A stretch of 64,000 nucleotides of DNA. Origin: Balanoglossus misakiensis. Lineage: Eukaryota > Animalia > Hemichordata. The first letter of the stretch is position 1; each line of letters opens with the position of its first letter. Made by a program: the position numbers and the translations under genes. This document shows positions 1 to 14,000 of this stretch, piece by piece. The stretch covers positions 806,001 to 870,000 of the forward strand of contig CM082581.2 in assembly GCA_040954595.2 (NCBI GenBank), in the 5' to 3' direction. Below the pieces are notes generated by a model that saw only the letters and a program-made list of their open reading frames with translations, did no database searches and was not told the DNA's origin.

Positions 1-192
1 AGACAAACATTCCCGGTGTAATTAACATCACTGTTGTTATTAGTATCTATCTCCGATAAGTATCAAGTCTGCCTTATGTTATTTTAAGTCAATTGTCAGG
101 TTCATGTACATATTTTACAACTTATCTATCTTGTCAAAAACTTTCGCATGTACCTAATTCTAGGCTTACCAGTAGGGTTATAGATACAGTGT

Positions 193-1713
193 ATTATTAG
201 GTCCCATTGGTATAGGCCTATATACCATGGGACCTTATGGGATGGGTTGCGTCTGTATGTATGTATGGATGGATGTATGTATGGATGTATGGATGTATGG
301 ATGTATGTCTGTATGTCCGTCCACATCAAAAACTTGAAAACCGCTGCGCGTATCACCTCAATATTTGGTGTGTAGGTGCAGGCAGGGCTGTAGATGGGAG
401 TTTGTCCAAACGAAGTTGCCAGGCCCAAAAATATGCAAATTAGCTTGTAAAATGTGAAATTGATGAAAACTCTGTAAGTCAACAATTACTGGTCAGATTG
501 CTTTAAAAATTGGTATGCATGTACCTTATGTCAACCTCACATCGACCTGTAAGTGTTAAGTTAATATCATGGATGTTTTATTTTTTATAAATTTTTTAGT
601 CTTTTTATTAAATTTATACCTTTACATTATACCTCTATGGTTAGGCTATGTCCACGTCTTATTGTGGAATTCTGGTCTGTGCAATAGTCCTGTACAGTGA
701 CTGTCTATTGGTCAGTGAGCACAATGGGGCCAAAATAAAAGGCAAATTTTTGGGCTCACCTGTAACACATGCTTAATACATTACTTATGTGCATACCTAA
801 TTCCGGGCTAACTAATAGGGCTAGAGGTTTCGTTCTTGGGGGACATGGACCAGTATAGGGTCAAAATTTCTTGCCCACATTTTGGGTGACCTCAGGTGAC
901 CTTTGACCTACTTTTCCATATCTTGGCATCCAGAGCAGGTACAGACTTGGCGTTTGGAGAGTTGGCACTAAAATTGAAAAGCCAAAATTGGGCTCACCTG
1001 TAACACCTGCATATCTCATTAATTATGTGCATACCTAATTCCAGGCTAACCAATAGGGCTATAGGTTTGGTTTTTGTTGAACATGGACCAGTATAGGGTC
1101 AAAATTTCTTGCCCAAATTTTGCATGACCTTAGGTGACCTTTGACCTACTTTACCATATCTTGGCATCCAGAGCAGGTACAGACTTGGCATTTGGAGGGT
1201 TGGCACTAAAATTGAAAAGCCAAAATTGGGGGTCACCAGTGACACCTGCATATCTCATTAATTATGTGCATACCTAATTCCAGGATAACCAATAGAGCTA
1301 TAGGTTTGGATTTTGTTGAACATGGACCAGTATAGGGTCAAAATTTCTTGCCCAAATTTTGCATGACCTCAGGTGACCTTTGACCTACTTTTCCATATCT
1401 TGGCATCCAGAGCAGGTACAGACTTCGCGTTTGGAGGGTTGGGATTAAAATTGAAAAGCCAAAATTGGGGGTCACCTGTGACACCTGCATATCTCATTAA
1501 TTATGCGCATACCTAATTCCAGGCTAACCAATAGGGCTATAGGTTTGGTTTTTGTTGAACATGGACCAGTATAGGGTCAAACTTTCTTGCCCAAATTTTG
1601 CATGACCTCAGGTGACCTTTGACCTACTTTTCCATATCTTGGCATCCAGAGCAGATATGCTTATTGCTATGTGCTATGTCCTCAAATGGGACCACAGTGT
1701 CCTTGACGCTATT
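193..1713 (+). mobile_element. Non-autonomous Helentron/DINE-1-like element (HINE) with internal ~240-bp tandem repeats
   Basis: 5' subTIR AGGTCCCATTGG (199-210) with nearby inverted partner CCATGGGACCT; (GTAT/GGAT)n microsatellite ~253-317; 3' subTIR AAATGGGACC (~1684-1693), then hairpin AGTGTC-CTT-GACGCT and a T-run. The inverted paralogue near 44420 lacks it (empty site). Confidence 0.75.
735..1655 (+). repeat. Tandem array of ~4 x ~240-bp units inside the HINE
   Basis: The motif CATACCTAATTCCAGGCTAACCAATAGGGCT...GGTGACCTTTGACCTAC recurs at ~790, ~1030, ~1268 and ~1508. The same unit family appears at 33730-33980 and 51880-53600. Confidence 0.9.
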
Positions 1714-3634
1714 TTATTAACATGCATTAATATGAAACTAAATGTTGATGGTTAATTAAAGACCCTCTTGAGCTATGGTAACCTCATTAAATATGTGCAT
1801 ATCTTATTCTAGTGGATGTGGTAACCTGGACATGGACAACTCTGGGGTCAAAATCTTTTGACAAACTTTTGGGTGATCTTGGGTAAACTTTGACCTACAT
1901 TCCTATATCTTGGCATCCGGCACAGATACATCCTTGACACTTGGAGTTATGGAACTATGTAATGGAATATTATGTCTTGCCTCATTAATTATGTACATAC
2001 CTAATGCCAGCCTAACCAATAGGGCTGGAAGTCTGCCTTTTTTTGGACATGATACATTTGAGATCAACATTTTTCTACAGCAGCCAGCCTTCTCTTAAAA
2101 AGAATGGACAATATAAAGGCTTTGCTGGTATACTGAACTTTGGACTCCCTCCCTGAGACTGTGTGCCAATGACGGGATAGCCTACTCAGCGTTGGGTAGA
2201 TCCTAAGAAGGCCTCAGCCAGGCATCAGATACAAAAAGCGGAAATCCAAGCTTTAATGGTGGGTTACATCGTTAACTTCCCTGCAGAGCTGATTTCTCAG
2301 ACTGTGAGCCAATGACGGGTAAAGCCCCTAGGTAGGGGCCACCTAAGACAGGCCGGTCATGCTTTAGTCACAAAGAAGGGCAAGTTCAGTCATACCATAA
2401 CTTTGTCTGCTGTATATGCTTCATAATGATTGCATGGTATTTTGAGAATACATTGTCTTAAGGCAGTGTGACCAGCTAAAAAGTACTGGCAAACACAGCC
2501 AATGTGTAATAAAAAACATCTAATTTGGCTGAATAAAAGACATAAAACACAGCAAAAGCACTGTGACTAGCTGAGACATAATACTCCATTATGCATTTCC
2601 ATCACTCCAAGTGTCAAGGTTGCATCTGCTCTGGATGCCAAGATATAGTAATGTTGGTCAAGGTTTACCCAAAGTCACCCAAAGTTCTGTCAAACAATTT
2701 TGACCCCAATGTTGTCCATGTTTAGGTTTCTCCCTCCACTGGATAGCCTACAATTAGATATGCAAATATTTAATGACATTACCATAGATTAAGGCGGTCC
2801 TAAATTAACCATGAAATTATAGTTTCATGTTAATTCTTGTTATTACAAAACACTGTATCTATAACCCTTCTGGAAGCCATACTTTGTTTCATGCTACCCA
2901 ATATGTGAAAGTAGGTAAAAAATCAGCCAAGGTTATTTGAAATTTTGCTGAAAAAAATCCGGTCCCTGACATTTTGTAAAGGGGTCAAGACACTTGGCAA
3001 CAAATTGTTGTCCCAGATTAGAACATATTCATAAAAAACTCAGGGAAAGAAGGAAGTTTTTCACAGCTTTGGTGCTTCAAATAGTAGAGAGGTTCCCAAG
3101 TTATTTCAATGAAACCTTAATGTCAACATTACATCGTTAGACTCGAACTCATCTGGCATAAAGCTGCTAGTTAAAGCCCTAAGGGTTGTGCCACTTTTTC
3201 ATTATTTTCATCTAAGATTTGTCAATCTAAATAAGCTTACTGCTAGGTATACATCTACATGAACATCTTGTTGACTGACGATTGTGGCTGTAATTTAAAG
3301 AAGTCAGATATTTAACAGGTACCACACCTGTTTAATCTGCCTCTATACAAAGGGTACACATCTATAGTGGTATGCATCACCTAGATATGACAAACATAAG
3401 CACTTCAAGTAATATGGCTTTATGGTGGCGATTTTGAAGGATGTGGAGAAGATTTGAAAAACACTCTTGAGGAAAAAGATGTGTTAAATCTTTGAAATGT
3501 GTTTTATTCTTTGGTTCCCATTTCGTATATGTCTATCTACCACTGGGACCAATGTGAAATTGGTGGAAACTGGTCAAATTGCTTTAGAAATTGGTGTGTA
3601 TTCATTTTGAGACCTCATGGATTTTTTTTCATTT

Positions 3635-5987
3635 TTAGCTCACGTGAAAATCACGTGAGCTTATGGTTTAGCGATGTCTGTGTGTGTGTGTGTGTATGTA
3701 TGTATGTGTGTGTGTGTCTGTCTGTATACCCGATATCTCAAGAACCGCTGAACCGATTTCAACCAAATTTAGTACACAGGTTCAGATATCATATGGCAAG
3801 AACTGAAAAGGTTTTGGTGCGTGTGGCTTTGATATTAATGAAGTTATTTAAGTTTTAATTTTTCTATTACATGGTTGTCTATGTGAGCTTTCGTTAATGC
3901 CGCATATATGACCAGTGGAAACGATAGTTTGAGGAGATCGACTGTTTGAGGGCGCTGTGAAATGAGACATTCCTGGCGATATTGCCGTGGTTCTGTCCAT
4001 GCTCAGACGCTGTACCCGTCGTTACGAATAACTTCCCTACGTGAATCCACAAGGAAGCTAACGTTGTTTAGTTGCTTCATAGAGCGTAAATTGTTAATCT
4101 ACAGGACCGTCAGACGAATACTCTTTTCAAATGAAGTTTGAAACTACTTACGAGTAAGTTAGTGGAGACAATATGGCGGATAGTTGGCGTGCAGCCGAAT
4201 CCGCGTTATGACTATGACGTGACCCATTCATCAAGACAAACCGTAAATGATTCACGCATATTGTGGTCCTCACGCAGTCAATCTCAAAATGTCACCAGGC
4301 TTTCTATTTGTCTATTGTTCAGAGAAAAATAACGTGGCGGTTGATCACACTCAACAGTAAAATCCGTTTTGTGAGTTTATAGACAGTCTGTTATCGCCAA
4401 TACTATATAGCGATTGCTAGATGGCTTACCCAATATGTGATCGAGCGAGAATGATAACATTGAATGTCTGTTCAGATCTCATTCCGTACGTCATACGTCA
4501 ACATTTCGATTTCGATTTAATCCATTCATAAAGAATTTAGAGAAAGTCGTCTTGAATTGTGACCCCGACTATCAATTTTACGATGATTTTTTGGCGACGG
4601 AATACACGAGGCGCCATTGCATAACTACGTCAGCTGGACTTCCAAGGTTACCATTTTGTGTGTATGGAATCTTATCACAGAGACTACGTACTTTGACAAT
4701 ATGCCATGCTATATCAATGACGCCCCAGAAAATTTGGCGAAAAATGAATTTGTCTTCTCATGGTGGTGCAATATATTTTAATGTCTATTTTGAGGTTGAT
4801 TTTGGTTTTTGGCTAACATGTATATCAATGTCAGCTTATAGCATAAGTTGGTGTCCGTCGTCTATGTATGTCTGTATGTGTGCCTCATACAGAATTATGT
4901 ATTTTGCGAATGGATCAGTTTCGTCTAAATGTATTGATGTATGTATGTGTATGTCCATCAACATCAAAAACTTGAAACTACTGATATTTAGTGTGTACAT
5001 AGAAATTGTTATTGCGAAAAAATGCATACTGGTATTAACTGGAAAAATGTTCAAATAGTCAAAATTGAAAAACTTAATAACAGCGGATCAGATTCAGTTT
5101 AAAATTGGCGTGCATTGGTGTGCAAGAACTATGGGAAGACCTCGTATGATTTTGTTCAGGTGGAGTCAGTATCTGGCGTTTGCTATTTTTTATGAATTTT
5201 TGGGGGAATTTTCTGCAGTTTTGTTAAAAAAAATTCTTCTCTGAAATTACATGTCCAATTGATTGGAAACTTGGTATGGAGGTTCATAGGGCTTACCTGA
5301 ATCACATTTGTGCAAACGGTGGTGAAATTTGCAAAAATGCATTTTTGGGCAATATTTCCTGTTTTTGTCAAAAAATCAAATCCCGTGAAACTGTAAGTGC
5401 AATTGTTTTGATACTTTGTATTTGGGTTTCTAGGGGTGATCTCAGTCAGATATGATCAAATTGTAAAGAAATTTGCATAATTGTATTTTTTGGGAATTCT
5501 GCAGGGTTTGGCCAAATAGTCTTCAGTAAAACCACAAGTCCAATTGATTGGAAACTTTGAATGGGAATTCATATATGTGATATCAGTCAGATTTGTCTGA
5601 ATTACCTGTTGTTTGCCAAAATGTCTTCCTTATTGAAACTTGTTAAAGAGGTTCTTAGGCATGAACAGAAATCAGATTTGTTGAAATCTGGTGAAATATT
5701 CATACTTTTTGGTATATTTCTTGCCATTTTTGATCAACGAGTTTTAGAATTCCATAGACTTATCTTTTTATGCAGTTCAGGATGGGGTACATGACTCATA
5801 ACCCCTTACAAAAATTGACAAGGCAACAATTCCACAAACATGTTTACATTTCACAATGGTGCAACACACAACCCTTACACCATATACACTATAAACCAAA
5901 TTGGTTTAACACTGGTTTTTCTAATCTTGTTATTCTGTCAACCAATCACAGTACTGCACGTGAGCATATTCAGTTAATATCTGGTTT
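3635..5987 (+). mobile_element. Second non-autonomous Helentron/DINE-like element
   Basis: Starts TTAGCTCACGTG-AAAAT-CACGTGAGC (5' stem-loop), followed by a (TG)n/(TATG)n microsatellite; 3' subTIR CACGTGAGC at 5957-5965, then a weak hairpin and TTT. The paralogous arm reads ...CATTTTT|GAAGTATATT... (~42490-42510, minus) with no insert. Confidence 0.75.
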
Positions 5988-7112
5988 GAAGTATATTTTT
6001 GGGGTGATTTTGGTCAAATACTCAAAAACCTCTACTCACAGTTCTTTGAAATTTGGTTTGCAGGTTCCTAGGTGTGTTATCACGACATTTTAACAAATCC
6101 TATGATGGAAGTGTCAATATAGTTTTTGTGGACAATTTTTGCCATTTTTGTTTGATTGCTTTGCAATTTTTTGTTTTGCAGTTTCCAGGGGATTTTTTTA
6201 CTGTGATATATCATAAATGTTCTGAAAATGAAAAAATTGTATTTTCGGGGCATAAAAAAAATTCTCAGAAAGTGCATGGTTGATCACTGTAAAAGTTTAG
6301 TTGTGAGTTAATGATATGTGCTTCTTTAGAATGATAATTGAATCAAATCATAGCTGAATTAGTTTTTTTGTTTATTTTGTTTGATATTTTTTCCTTATAC
6401 CTCAAAAATTGTTATTATAAAAGGGAAATTACCATTACATAGTTGTTTGCAATTAAGGAGGACCCCCTCCCCCACTGAAAATCGTATACACCTTGATCTC
6501 TCTATGTCTGTATTCATGTCTGTATGTATGTTTTACAAATGTATGCTCCCAATAAGAGTGAAATGATTTTTTTTATCGTAATACTTCTAAAGTGATTATT
6601 TCCTATGAGATATGCAGTCTTATTACCTAATCGTTTCTGAAATTCTACCTCATGCTGTGTATGAAAAGTCTAATATATGTCATTGTCAAGATCCCCAAAA
6701 CAGGCTGATATAGTATCACATAACATTTGATAAAAGTATCCCAAACAGTGTGGCAATTTTGGTATACAGAAAAAAAAACACTAGAATGACAACAGCTACA
6801 TGTATGTAGGCTAGCAATAGGAACACAGATAACAATTCTCCATATTCATTTTTAAATACGATAAGATTCGCTGAAATTGGCACATCTGTGTGCAGGCAAA
6901 GTCAGTTCCAACTCGGCTTGCAAATCGGACCAATGTCTCTTGTTCGCTGAGACTGTATGGTTCTAGTAATAGCTGTAAGAACTTGATCATTGACCAAACT
7001 CTTGGTTCAATTTTGCAACATTTTATGATTTCAAGCTGTACATATTTAACTCCGTTTCAACTATAGTTGGAGGGATAATAATGGAGCCATTTCACTGACA
7101 AAATAGCGCTTA

Positions 7113-7939
7113 GGGACCATTCAGTTTTTACGGTGGGGGGAGGCTGGCAAAATCCAGGGGGTCACTTAAATTTTGAAATCCAAAAGAGGGAGTCATCTTT
7201 TTTTCAAACGTTTAGGGGGGAGGTCATATACATGTACCCACCGATGCTAACTTTGAGTGTAGTGGTAACAGTAAAATTGGTCCTTTCAAACATTGAGATA
7301 ATTTGCTTTTGACTTCATTAAAATGCAACTTTGAGCTACATATTTTACAAAGTTTTCTTATGTGGAAGGGGGACATCCCCTCCCACACCCATCCCCTTAT
7401 TTCTTCGCCACATATAGTGTACCAGGGCAGAATACTTGCCATCCCACCCCCACTGATGTTAACTTTGAGTGGCAAAAGTAAAATTTGTCCTCCCCAACAT
7501 TAAGTTAATTTGCCTTTGAGTTCATTAAAATGCATTAATTGTATTTTACAAAATTGTCCTACGTACACCCACCCCTTCCACTTTTCTTGTTTTACCAATT
7601 CTACCAACTATTGTATTGACGTGTCCTTTTAATTTATCCATAGACCTTCTTTATTGCAACGCTATACTATTATACACTTCAAATTATACATTTCTTTAAG
7701 AAATTTAGAATTGAGGTGTGAGGAGACCCTTTACCTTTATTGCATACAGTCAGTGTACATAAGATACGGATGGCAAATGTTTTCGGGGTGGGAGGAGGGT
7801 CATCATATTTTGGTCCTGTCAAAGGGGGGGGGGGTCATCATTTTTTTGGTCCTGGTTGAAGGGGGTGTCGGCCTGATTTTGAAAACCAATGACACAAACT
7901 TTTGCCCCCCCCCCCCCTCCACCAAAACTGAACAGTCCC
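7113..7939. mobile_element. MITE with 16-bp TIRs and TTA direct repeats (PIF/Harbinger-like)
   Basis: GGGACCATTCAGTTTT ... AAAACTGAACAGTCCC (14/16 match); TTA at 7110-7112 and 7940-7942; absent from the paralogous sites at ~41395 and ~48660. Superfamily is inferred from the TWA TSD only. Confidence 0.75.
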
Positions 7940-8277
7940 TTACTAAAGGACGTCAATGTCTGTTTACAGTCAAATGCATTGCCATCAGAAAAAAAAATGC
8001 AAACAATTTCTTATGTTTGTAGTACGCACTTTTTGTATATCTGTAAACTGTGTCTCAGTTGTGAAATTCTAAGGAAATTTGTTCCTTGGGTAGAATAAAG
8101 GATTCTTAAACAAACTTAGTCACGAAAGCTAAATGGTTACCTCAGAGAAACTGTGTTAAATTTGGTCATCATTGTTTTAAATCACACAAGACATTCCCAC
8201 AGCTAAGTTACTGCAGCAGTCAGTTTCAACTCAGCTTGCAAATTGGGATCATGTCTTGTGTTCATCGAGACTGTCTG

Positions 8278-10344
8278 TAGTCGAGTTGACAGTCACTACA
8301 ACTGTATTGCAAATATGGCAGGGTTGGGCAACTCTTCTAATTTGCATTTGAACACCTTTTCTGTTTGCGTCAAAATGATGAATAATGTTTCGTTTTCAAG
8401 AATGCCTTAATATGGGCACCCAATACAAGACAACTGCATTGCAAATGGCATTTTCATTCAACTCTCCTGGGTACCTAAAACAATTTCAACATGGTTGACA
8501 TGGCAATATTAGACAACTGTTCTAATTTGCATAATCCAAAATGGCCGCCAAATTTCTCTAACATGTTAATTTCCCATATTTGTTTTAAATGGTGTGTAAT
8601 ATCGAATTTGCAGGGTTTCCATTAATATGGGTACCTAAAACAATTTCAACATGGTTGACATGGCAATATTAGACAACTGATCTAATTTGCATAATTCAAA
8701 CACCTGCTGGATAATTTAACTTTTGCCATTCTTGTCCCATGATTGTATGTATTATATCTCATAACAGGCAATTAAGTGTGCTAATTGTCAAGCCAATCTT
8801 AATTCTTCATCTGCACCACAAATCAGATGCAAGGTTTAGGACTGGGAGTGTATGTGGGAGCAGCATATAGGGGCCTACAGGTATCTTTAATGGCAAGTCC
8901 TCGGTTAAAGCCAGAAGGTTTTCAGGTTGTAGGCCTCTATTGTATCTACAACAGTTTCTATCACCTCCATCCCACTGGCCGGCACCCGAGGGGGGGGGGT
9001 ACTTGAAATTTTTTCGGATGGTAGTCTGTCGCCCCAGTCGATAACATCAACACGTGTAAATGCCCAAAACCCGACCTATTTGTATTATAAGTCAAATTTT
9101 CTGGTCATTTACCCCAAGTTTTTCTTAAAGACTACATACCTATACACCTTTGTATGGGAGAACACATCTCCCACCCCCCTGCCAACACTAATTGGACAAC
9201 TTTATTCTTGTTATACTTCTTTATAAGTCTAAATGTTCAGTAAGAAAAGGCAACAAGTTATTGAAGCTGCTGACCATGGAAACTATGATGAAGTATATTT
9301 TTTTCCTAGCTGTACATGTACAGTATAATTGGCCCAATGTACCAATTGGAGATGTGTGCCTTACAAGCAACACAGGTTGTATATCCAAGCCTTGTCTGTT
9401 GGCACTATGAAGGGTATTGGAAGAATGTCTCTGCTGGCCACTTTGGCCAGCCACTTTTGGCCAGCAGACTATCAAAAGGGTCAAGAAAATAGCCCTAAAA
9501 GGTATGGCACTGTATGCAAATCTAGTGCAGGAGTGGATTGATACATTTCCCATCACTGTACATGCATCATCCTGTATGGATGATATGTACTCTAGCATTA
9601 TGCACCAGATAAAAATGGTCAAAATTGCAAAAAAAAGGAGATGAAACTCCCACTGGCCTTTAACGCAATCCATAGATAAAGAGACAACATGTTCAGGCAT
9701 TGGCTCTAAACATGGTGGATACTGACGAGGGTGTGGTGAATGATGGTGAATCCCTGGATGTTTTGAGGTCGGAATTCTGAAAAGGATTCCCATCGTGAGA
9801 TTGAGGAACAGGATGATGCAGAGGGGCTGGCTCTTTGTGACTCCTATCAGTGGGGATAGACATATATTTGGGATACAGAGGTTGCACTTCCTTGCTTCAT
9901 GATTAGTACGGTAACACTGCCAAATTTGCAACACAGTTGTATTGTTAAAGGTACCCATATGAATGTGCTAATCCTGAAAATACGCGATATTGCGCATCAT
10001 TTTGGGAAACATGGCAAAATTTCACTTTTAGTGGTGATTGGCGGCCATTTTTGATTATGCAAAATAGAAAAGTTGCCAAACACTGCCATATTTGCAATAC
10101 ATAACCAATATGGATGCAAATCCTGAAATTTTAGATATTACACATAATTTGAGAAAAAAGGGCCAAGTTTTATTTTAGAGAAGGTATTTGGCGGCCATTT
10201 TTGATCATGCATATTAGAAGAATTGTCCAACATTGCCATTTTGGCAACTCAGCTGGAATAGGTCTAGGCTCCCATATGAATGCCAATAAGCAAAAAACTT
10301 CATAGGAAAGAAAATTTCTAGGTAGGAAAATTTTGACTCAACTT
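8278..10344. mobile_element. Non-autonomous Academ-like DNA transposon
   Basis: Termini TAGTCGAGT...ACTCAACTT; 3-bp TSD CTG (8275-8277, 10345-10347); inverted subterminal repeats 8305-8700 vs 9920-10290. Empty-site sequence GAGACTGTCTGGTTCTAATAATAG occurs at ~48499-48522. TAG termini with a 3-4 bp TSD fit Academ. Confidence 0.6.
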
Positions 10345-10740
10345 CTGGTTCTAATAATAGGTGTAAGGATGTGATCGTTTGATTTTGCAACATTTTACAA
10401 TTTCAAGCTGTGTGTATTTAACTCTGGTGCAATTCTGGTTGGAGAGACAAATGGCTTAAGCCATTTAATTGAAAATATAGCACTACTTCACTAGGGTTGT
10501 GCAGTACCTTTGACAACGCTTTGAACAATGTTGCAAAAAGCTTTGTGTTGAAGCTTGCTACAAGACTTGGCGTGCTGAAGCCTCTTATACTAGTCTTAGT
10601 TGAACCTCAGCTGTAACTACGTTTGTGAAACCTTAACATTCAAATCTTTGGCCAAAGTTAGTGTTGCAAAGCTTCTTCAAAGTTTTGTGAACCTCAACAA
10701 TGCTTTTCTATAGAAACCTTTAAACATGCGGGGGGGGGGG

Positions 10741-10944
10741 TGTAGTATTCTGACAGCTACGATCAATATAGCGCCCTCTAGTGTTGCATTGTTGGTGTTC
10801 CACTTGTTTATGAATTGCTGTACGACGTCACTTCCGCCCAGATAAGGCGAAGCACATTGTTGAGTCTTTTCAGCCGATCAATAAATAGGTTGTTGTTATA
10901 CCTTATGATCGCATTATTATTCCCATGTTGATGGAAACATAACA
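10741..10944 (+). repeat. 5' LTR
   Basis: TGTAGTATTC...CATAACA, contains AATAAA; differs from the MITE-excised 3' LTR at one site (C10826 vs T15896, a CpG transition). Confidence 0.97.
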
Positions 10945-10958
10945 TGGTGGCAGCGGTG
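10945..10958 (+). promoter_or_regulatory. Primer binding site, complementary to the tRNA-Leu 3' end
   Basis: TGGTGGCAGCGGTG directly after the LTR is the reverse complement of CACCGCTGCCACCA, the 3' end of metazoan tRNA-Leu(AAG/TAG). Confidence 0.85.
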
Positions 10959-11054
10959 AACGTGAGTGATCAGATGTAAGCAGACTTTACACACTATCGA
11001 CTACACAAGACACCAAAACTACAGAAGAAAAGACCATCGAACTGACCTGACAAG

Positions 11055-14000
11055 ATGGCGGCCGCACTACAAACGCCCTTCACAGCCCCAAAGATGGAAT
11101 GGGACGCGCCAGATCTAGCAATAGCCTTCAGTCGTTTTCGTCAAAAATGTGAGTTAACATTTAAGACAGCACTTAAAGATGCTAACGATGAAGAGAAAGC
11201 TAGCTACATACTTCTATGGTCCGGTGAACCAGGTCTTGACAAATACAACAGTTGGTCGTTTGAAAATGAAGACCAGCGGAAAGACCCCACAGTACTATTC
11301 GACAAATTTTCCGAACACTTAGAGCCGAAGTCGAATCATCGCATACATAGATACCAATTCCAAGATATGAGACAAGACCCTGGAGAACCAGTTGATGATT
11401 TCTTTTCGAAATTGAAAAATGAAGCCGCCAAATGCAAATTTGGGGATACAAAAGAACAGGAAGCAAGACTCGTAGATCAGTTGATATGGGGGATCTGTCA
11501 CCAAGAAATACAGAAGAAACTTATTGGGCGTGATGAGAAACTGACCTTGAAGGAGGCGCTCGATATAGCTAGAGGTCACGAAGCCACAACAAAACACATG
11601 AAAACGCTCACAAATTGCCATATTGCTAATCCTGTGGATAGCAAAGCTGTCAACGCAGTAAAAAGGCAGCCCAACAAGACACACCCCAAACAATGTAAGC
11701 ATTGCGGAAAAAAGCATGACACCTCAGTGAAAAGTAACTGCCCAGCATATGGCTCGAAATGCCGAAATTGTGGGAAACCTAATCACTGGCAGGTGGTATG
11801 CCGTTCCAAAACCAGCTCAAGCGAACCGAAGTCACAGCAGAGACGAGGTGGAAAACCAATCCATAATGTGACACGCTCGAGCAGCAACATGCATCAAATA
11901 GATGATGAAGTCCTAGATGTTGGAACTATCGAAATAAATGCATTGGACAACATCAACAGACAAGAAGAAATATACACGAAACTGACAATCACACAGAGCG
12001 AAAAGAAAAGGAAAGTAGCACTGAGATGCAAGTTTGATACCGGTGCACAGAGCAATATACTGCCCCTCTGCCTTTTCAAGATCATATTTCCAGAGAAACT
12101 GGATAAACACGGAAATCCAAAACGCGGGCACGTGAAGGAAAATAAAACAATCCTTACCGCATATGGAGGTTCCAAAATCAAACAGCTTGGCACCATCGTC
12201 ATTCCATGTGAACATAGAGAGAGGAAAATCAGATGCCTCTTCTATGTAACTGACGCCGCAGGCCCAGCCATTTTAGGGTTAAAGGCAAGCAGAGCCTTAA
12301 ACCTGATACAAATAAACTGTTCAGTAGAAGCCATACAAGTGCAGGCGAGCCCAGAGTGCAAGACAGCACAGCCTGGAAGAAATGTGGAAGTGGAAAAGAG
12401 AAAGATGAACGAACAGAAGCCAGCAGGAAGAAACAGAAACCCTGCAGATGACTACATAGACAGTAATACACCCATCAGGGACCGCCCTCCCATAAAGAAC
12501 AAAGAACAGTTGCTGAGGATGTACCCTGATTGCTTTGACGACGTGGTCGGATGTTTTGAAAACTACACATACCACATCACTCTTGATCCAGAAGTACAAC
12601 CAGTAGTACACCCTGCCCGCAGAGTTCCATTAGAACTAATGGATAGACTCAAAACCGAGCTGCAGGAGATGGAAGATAAGCAAATCATCGCCAAAGTGAA
12701 CCAGCCTACGAACTGGGTCAATTCTCTTGTTGTCCGGGAGAAAGACAATGGAAGACTTCGCATTTGTCTGGACCCGAAGGACTTGAACAAAGCCATTAAA
12801 AGGGATCATTACCCTACACCCACATTGGAGGAGATTACCCCAAAGTTGGCAGGCGCAACACTTTTCAGCAAGCTAGACGCGCGGAACGGATACTGGAATG
12901 TAAAGATCGATGAAGAATCATCCTTCCTGACGACCTTTAACACACCATATGGCCGTTACAGATTCCTACGAATGCCATTTGGGCTAAGGATGAGCCAAGA
13001 TGTGTTTCAATTCAAAATTGATGAAACATACAGAGAGTGTGAAGGTGCAGTCGGCATTGCAGACGATATACAAGTCTTCGGATCAGGAGAGCGACACCAT
13101 GACCTGCATCTACACGAAGCCATGGAACGAACCAGGAAAGCAGGCATTAAACTGAACAAAGAGAAATGCTACATCAAGACAAAAGAATGTAGTTTCTTTG
13201 GCATGTTATACACAGAAGACGGAGTTAAACCCAACCCAGAAAAGGTCAAGGCGATAGAGATGATGCATCCGCCTAGAGACAAGAACGAACTGCGCACATT
13301 CCTCGGAATGGTGAACTACATGGGTTCATTCATACCCAGATTAGCTGAACACACAGCACCACTGAGAGAGCTCATCAGAGACGACACTGAGTTTGAGTGG
13401 TCTCCGACACACACAAAGTCTTTCAATATGATCAAGGACCTGATCAGCACAAAGACTACACTTGCTTACTACGACCGTAAGAAGCCTGTCACTCTACAAG
13501 TCGACGCATCGGGAAAGGGAATCGGAGCGGTGCTCATACAGGAACAGAGACCTATAGCATTTGCGTCCAAGGCCCTGACACCAGCGGAAACCCGATACGC
13601 CAATATAGAAAGAGAACTACTCGCGGTAGTCTACGGATGTGAGAAGTTTCGCACATATCTCTACGGCAGAAGTTTCATAGTAGAGAGTGATCATCGACCG
13701 TTGGAGCAAATTCAGAGGAAGAATTTGACCAAGGCACCACCCCGATTACAGAGAATGCTGTTGCGCATACAGCCGTATGATTTCACCATACACTACAAGC
13801 CAGGCAAACAGATGATACTTGCCGACGCACTATGTAGACTGTCACCACAAGATCAGAACGAAATCAGTGACATGAAAGTCTAGATACACCACCTGGTGAA
13901 GATCACACCAATGAGACAGATGGAGATCAAAGAAGAAACTACCAAAGATGAAATTCTTCAATTATTGATCGAGCAAGTCCTGAAAGGATGGCCAGATAGC

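Larger units (their letters stand above)
1..9370 (+). repeat. Left arm of a large, diverged inverted duplication (partner 39530-44623)
   Basis: Collinear reverse-complement matches: 1-192/44423-44623; 1715-3630/42500-44420; 5988-6290/42240-42498; 6780-7110/41395-41730; 7943-9370/39530-41390. May extend beyond the window start. Confidence 0.9.

Noticed and set aside
9221-9958. 245-aa minus-strand ORF
   Set aside because: No recognisable domain or splice structure; lies inside a decayed DNA transposon.
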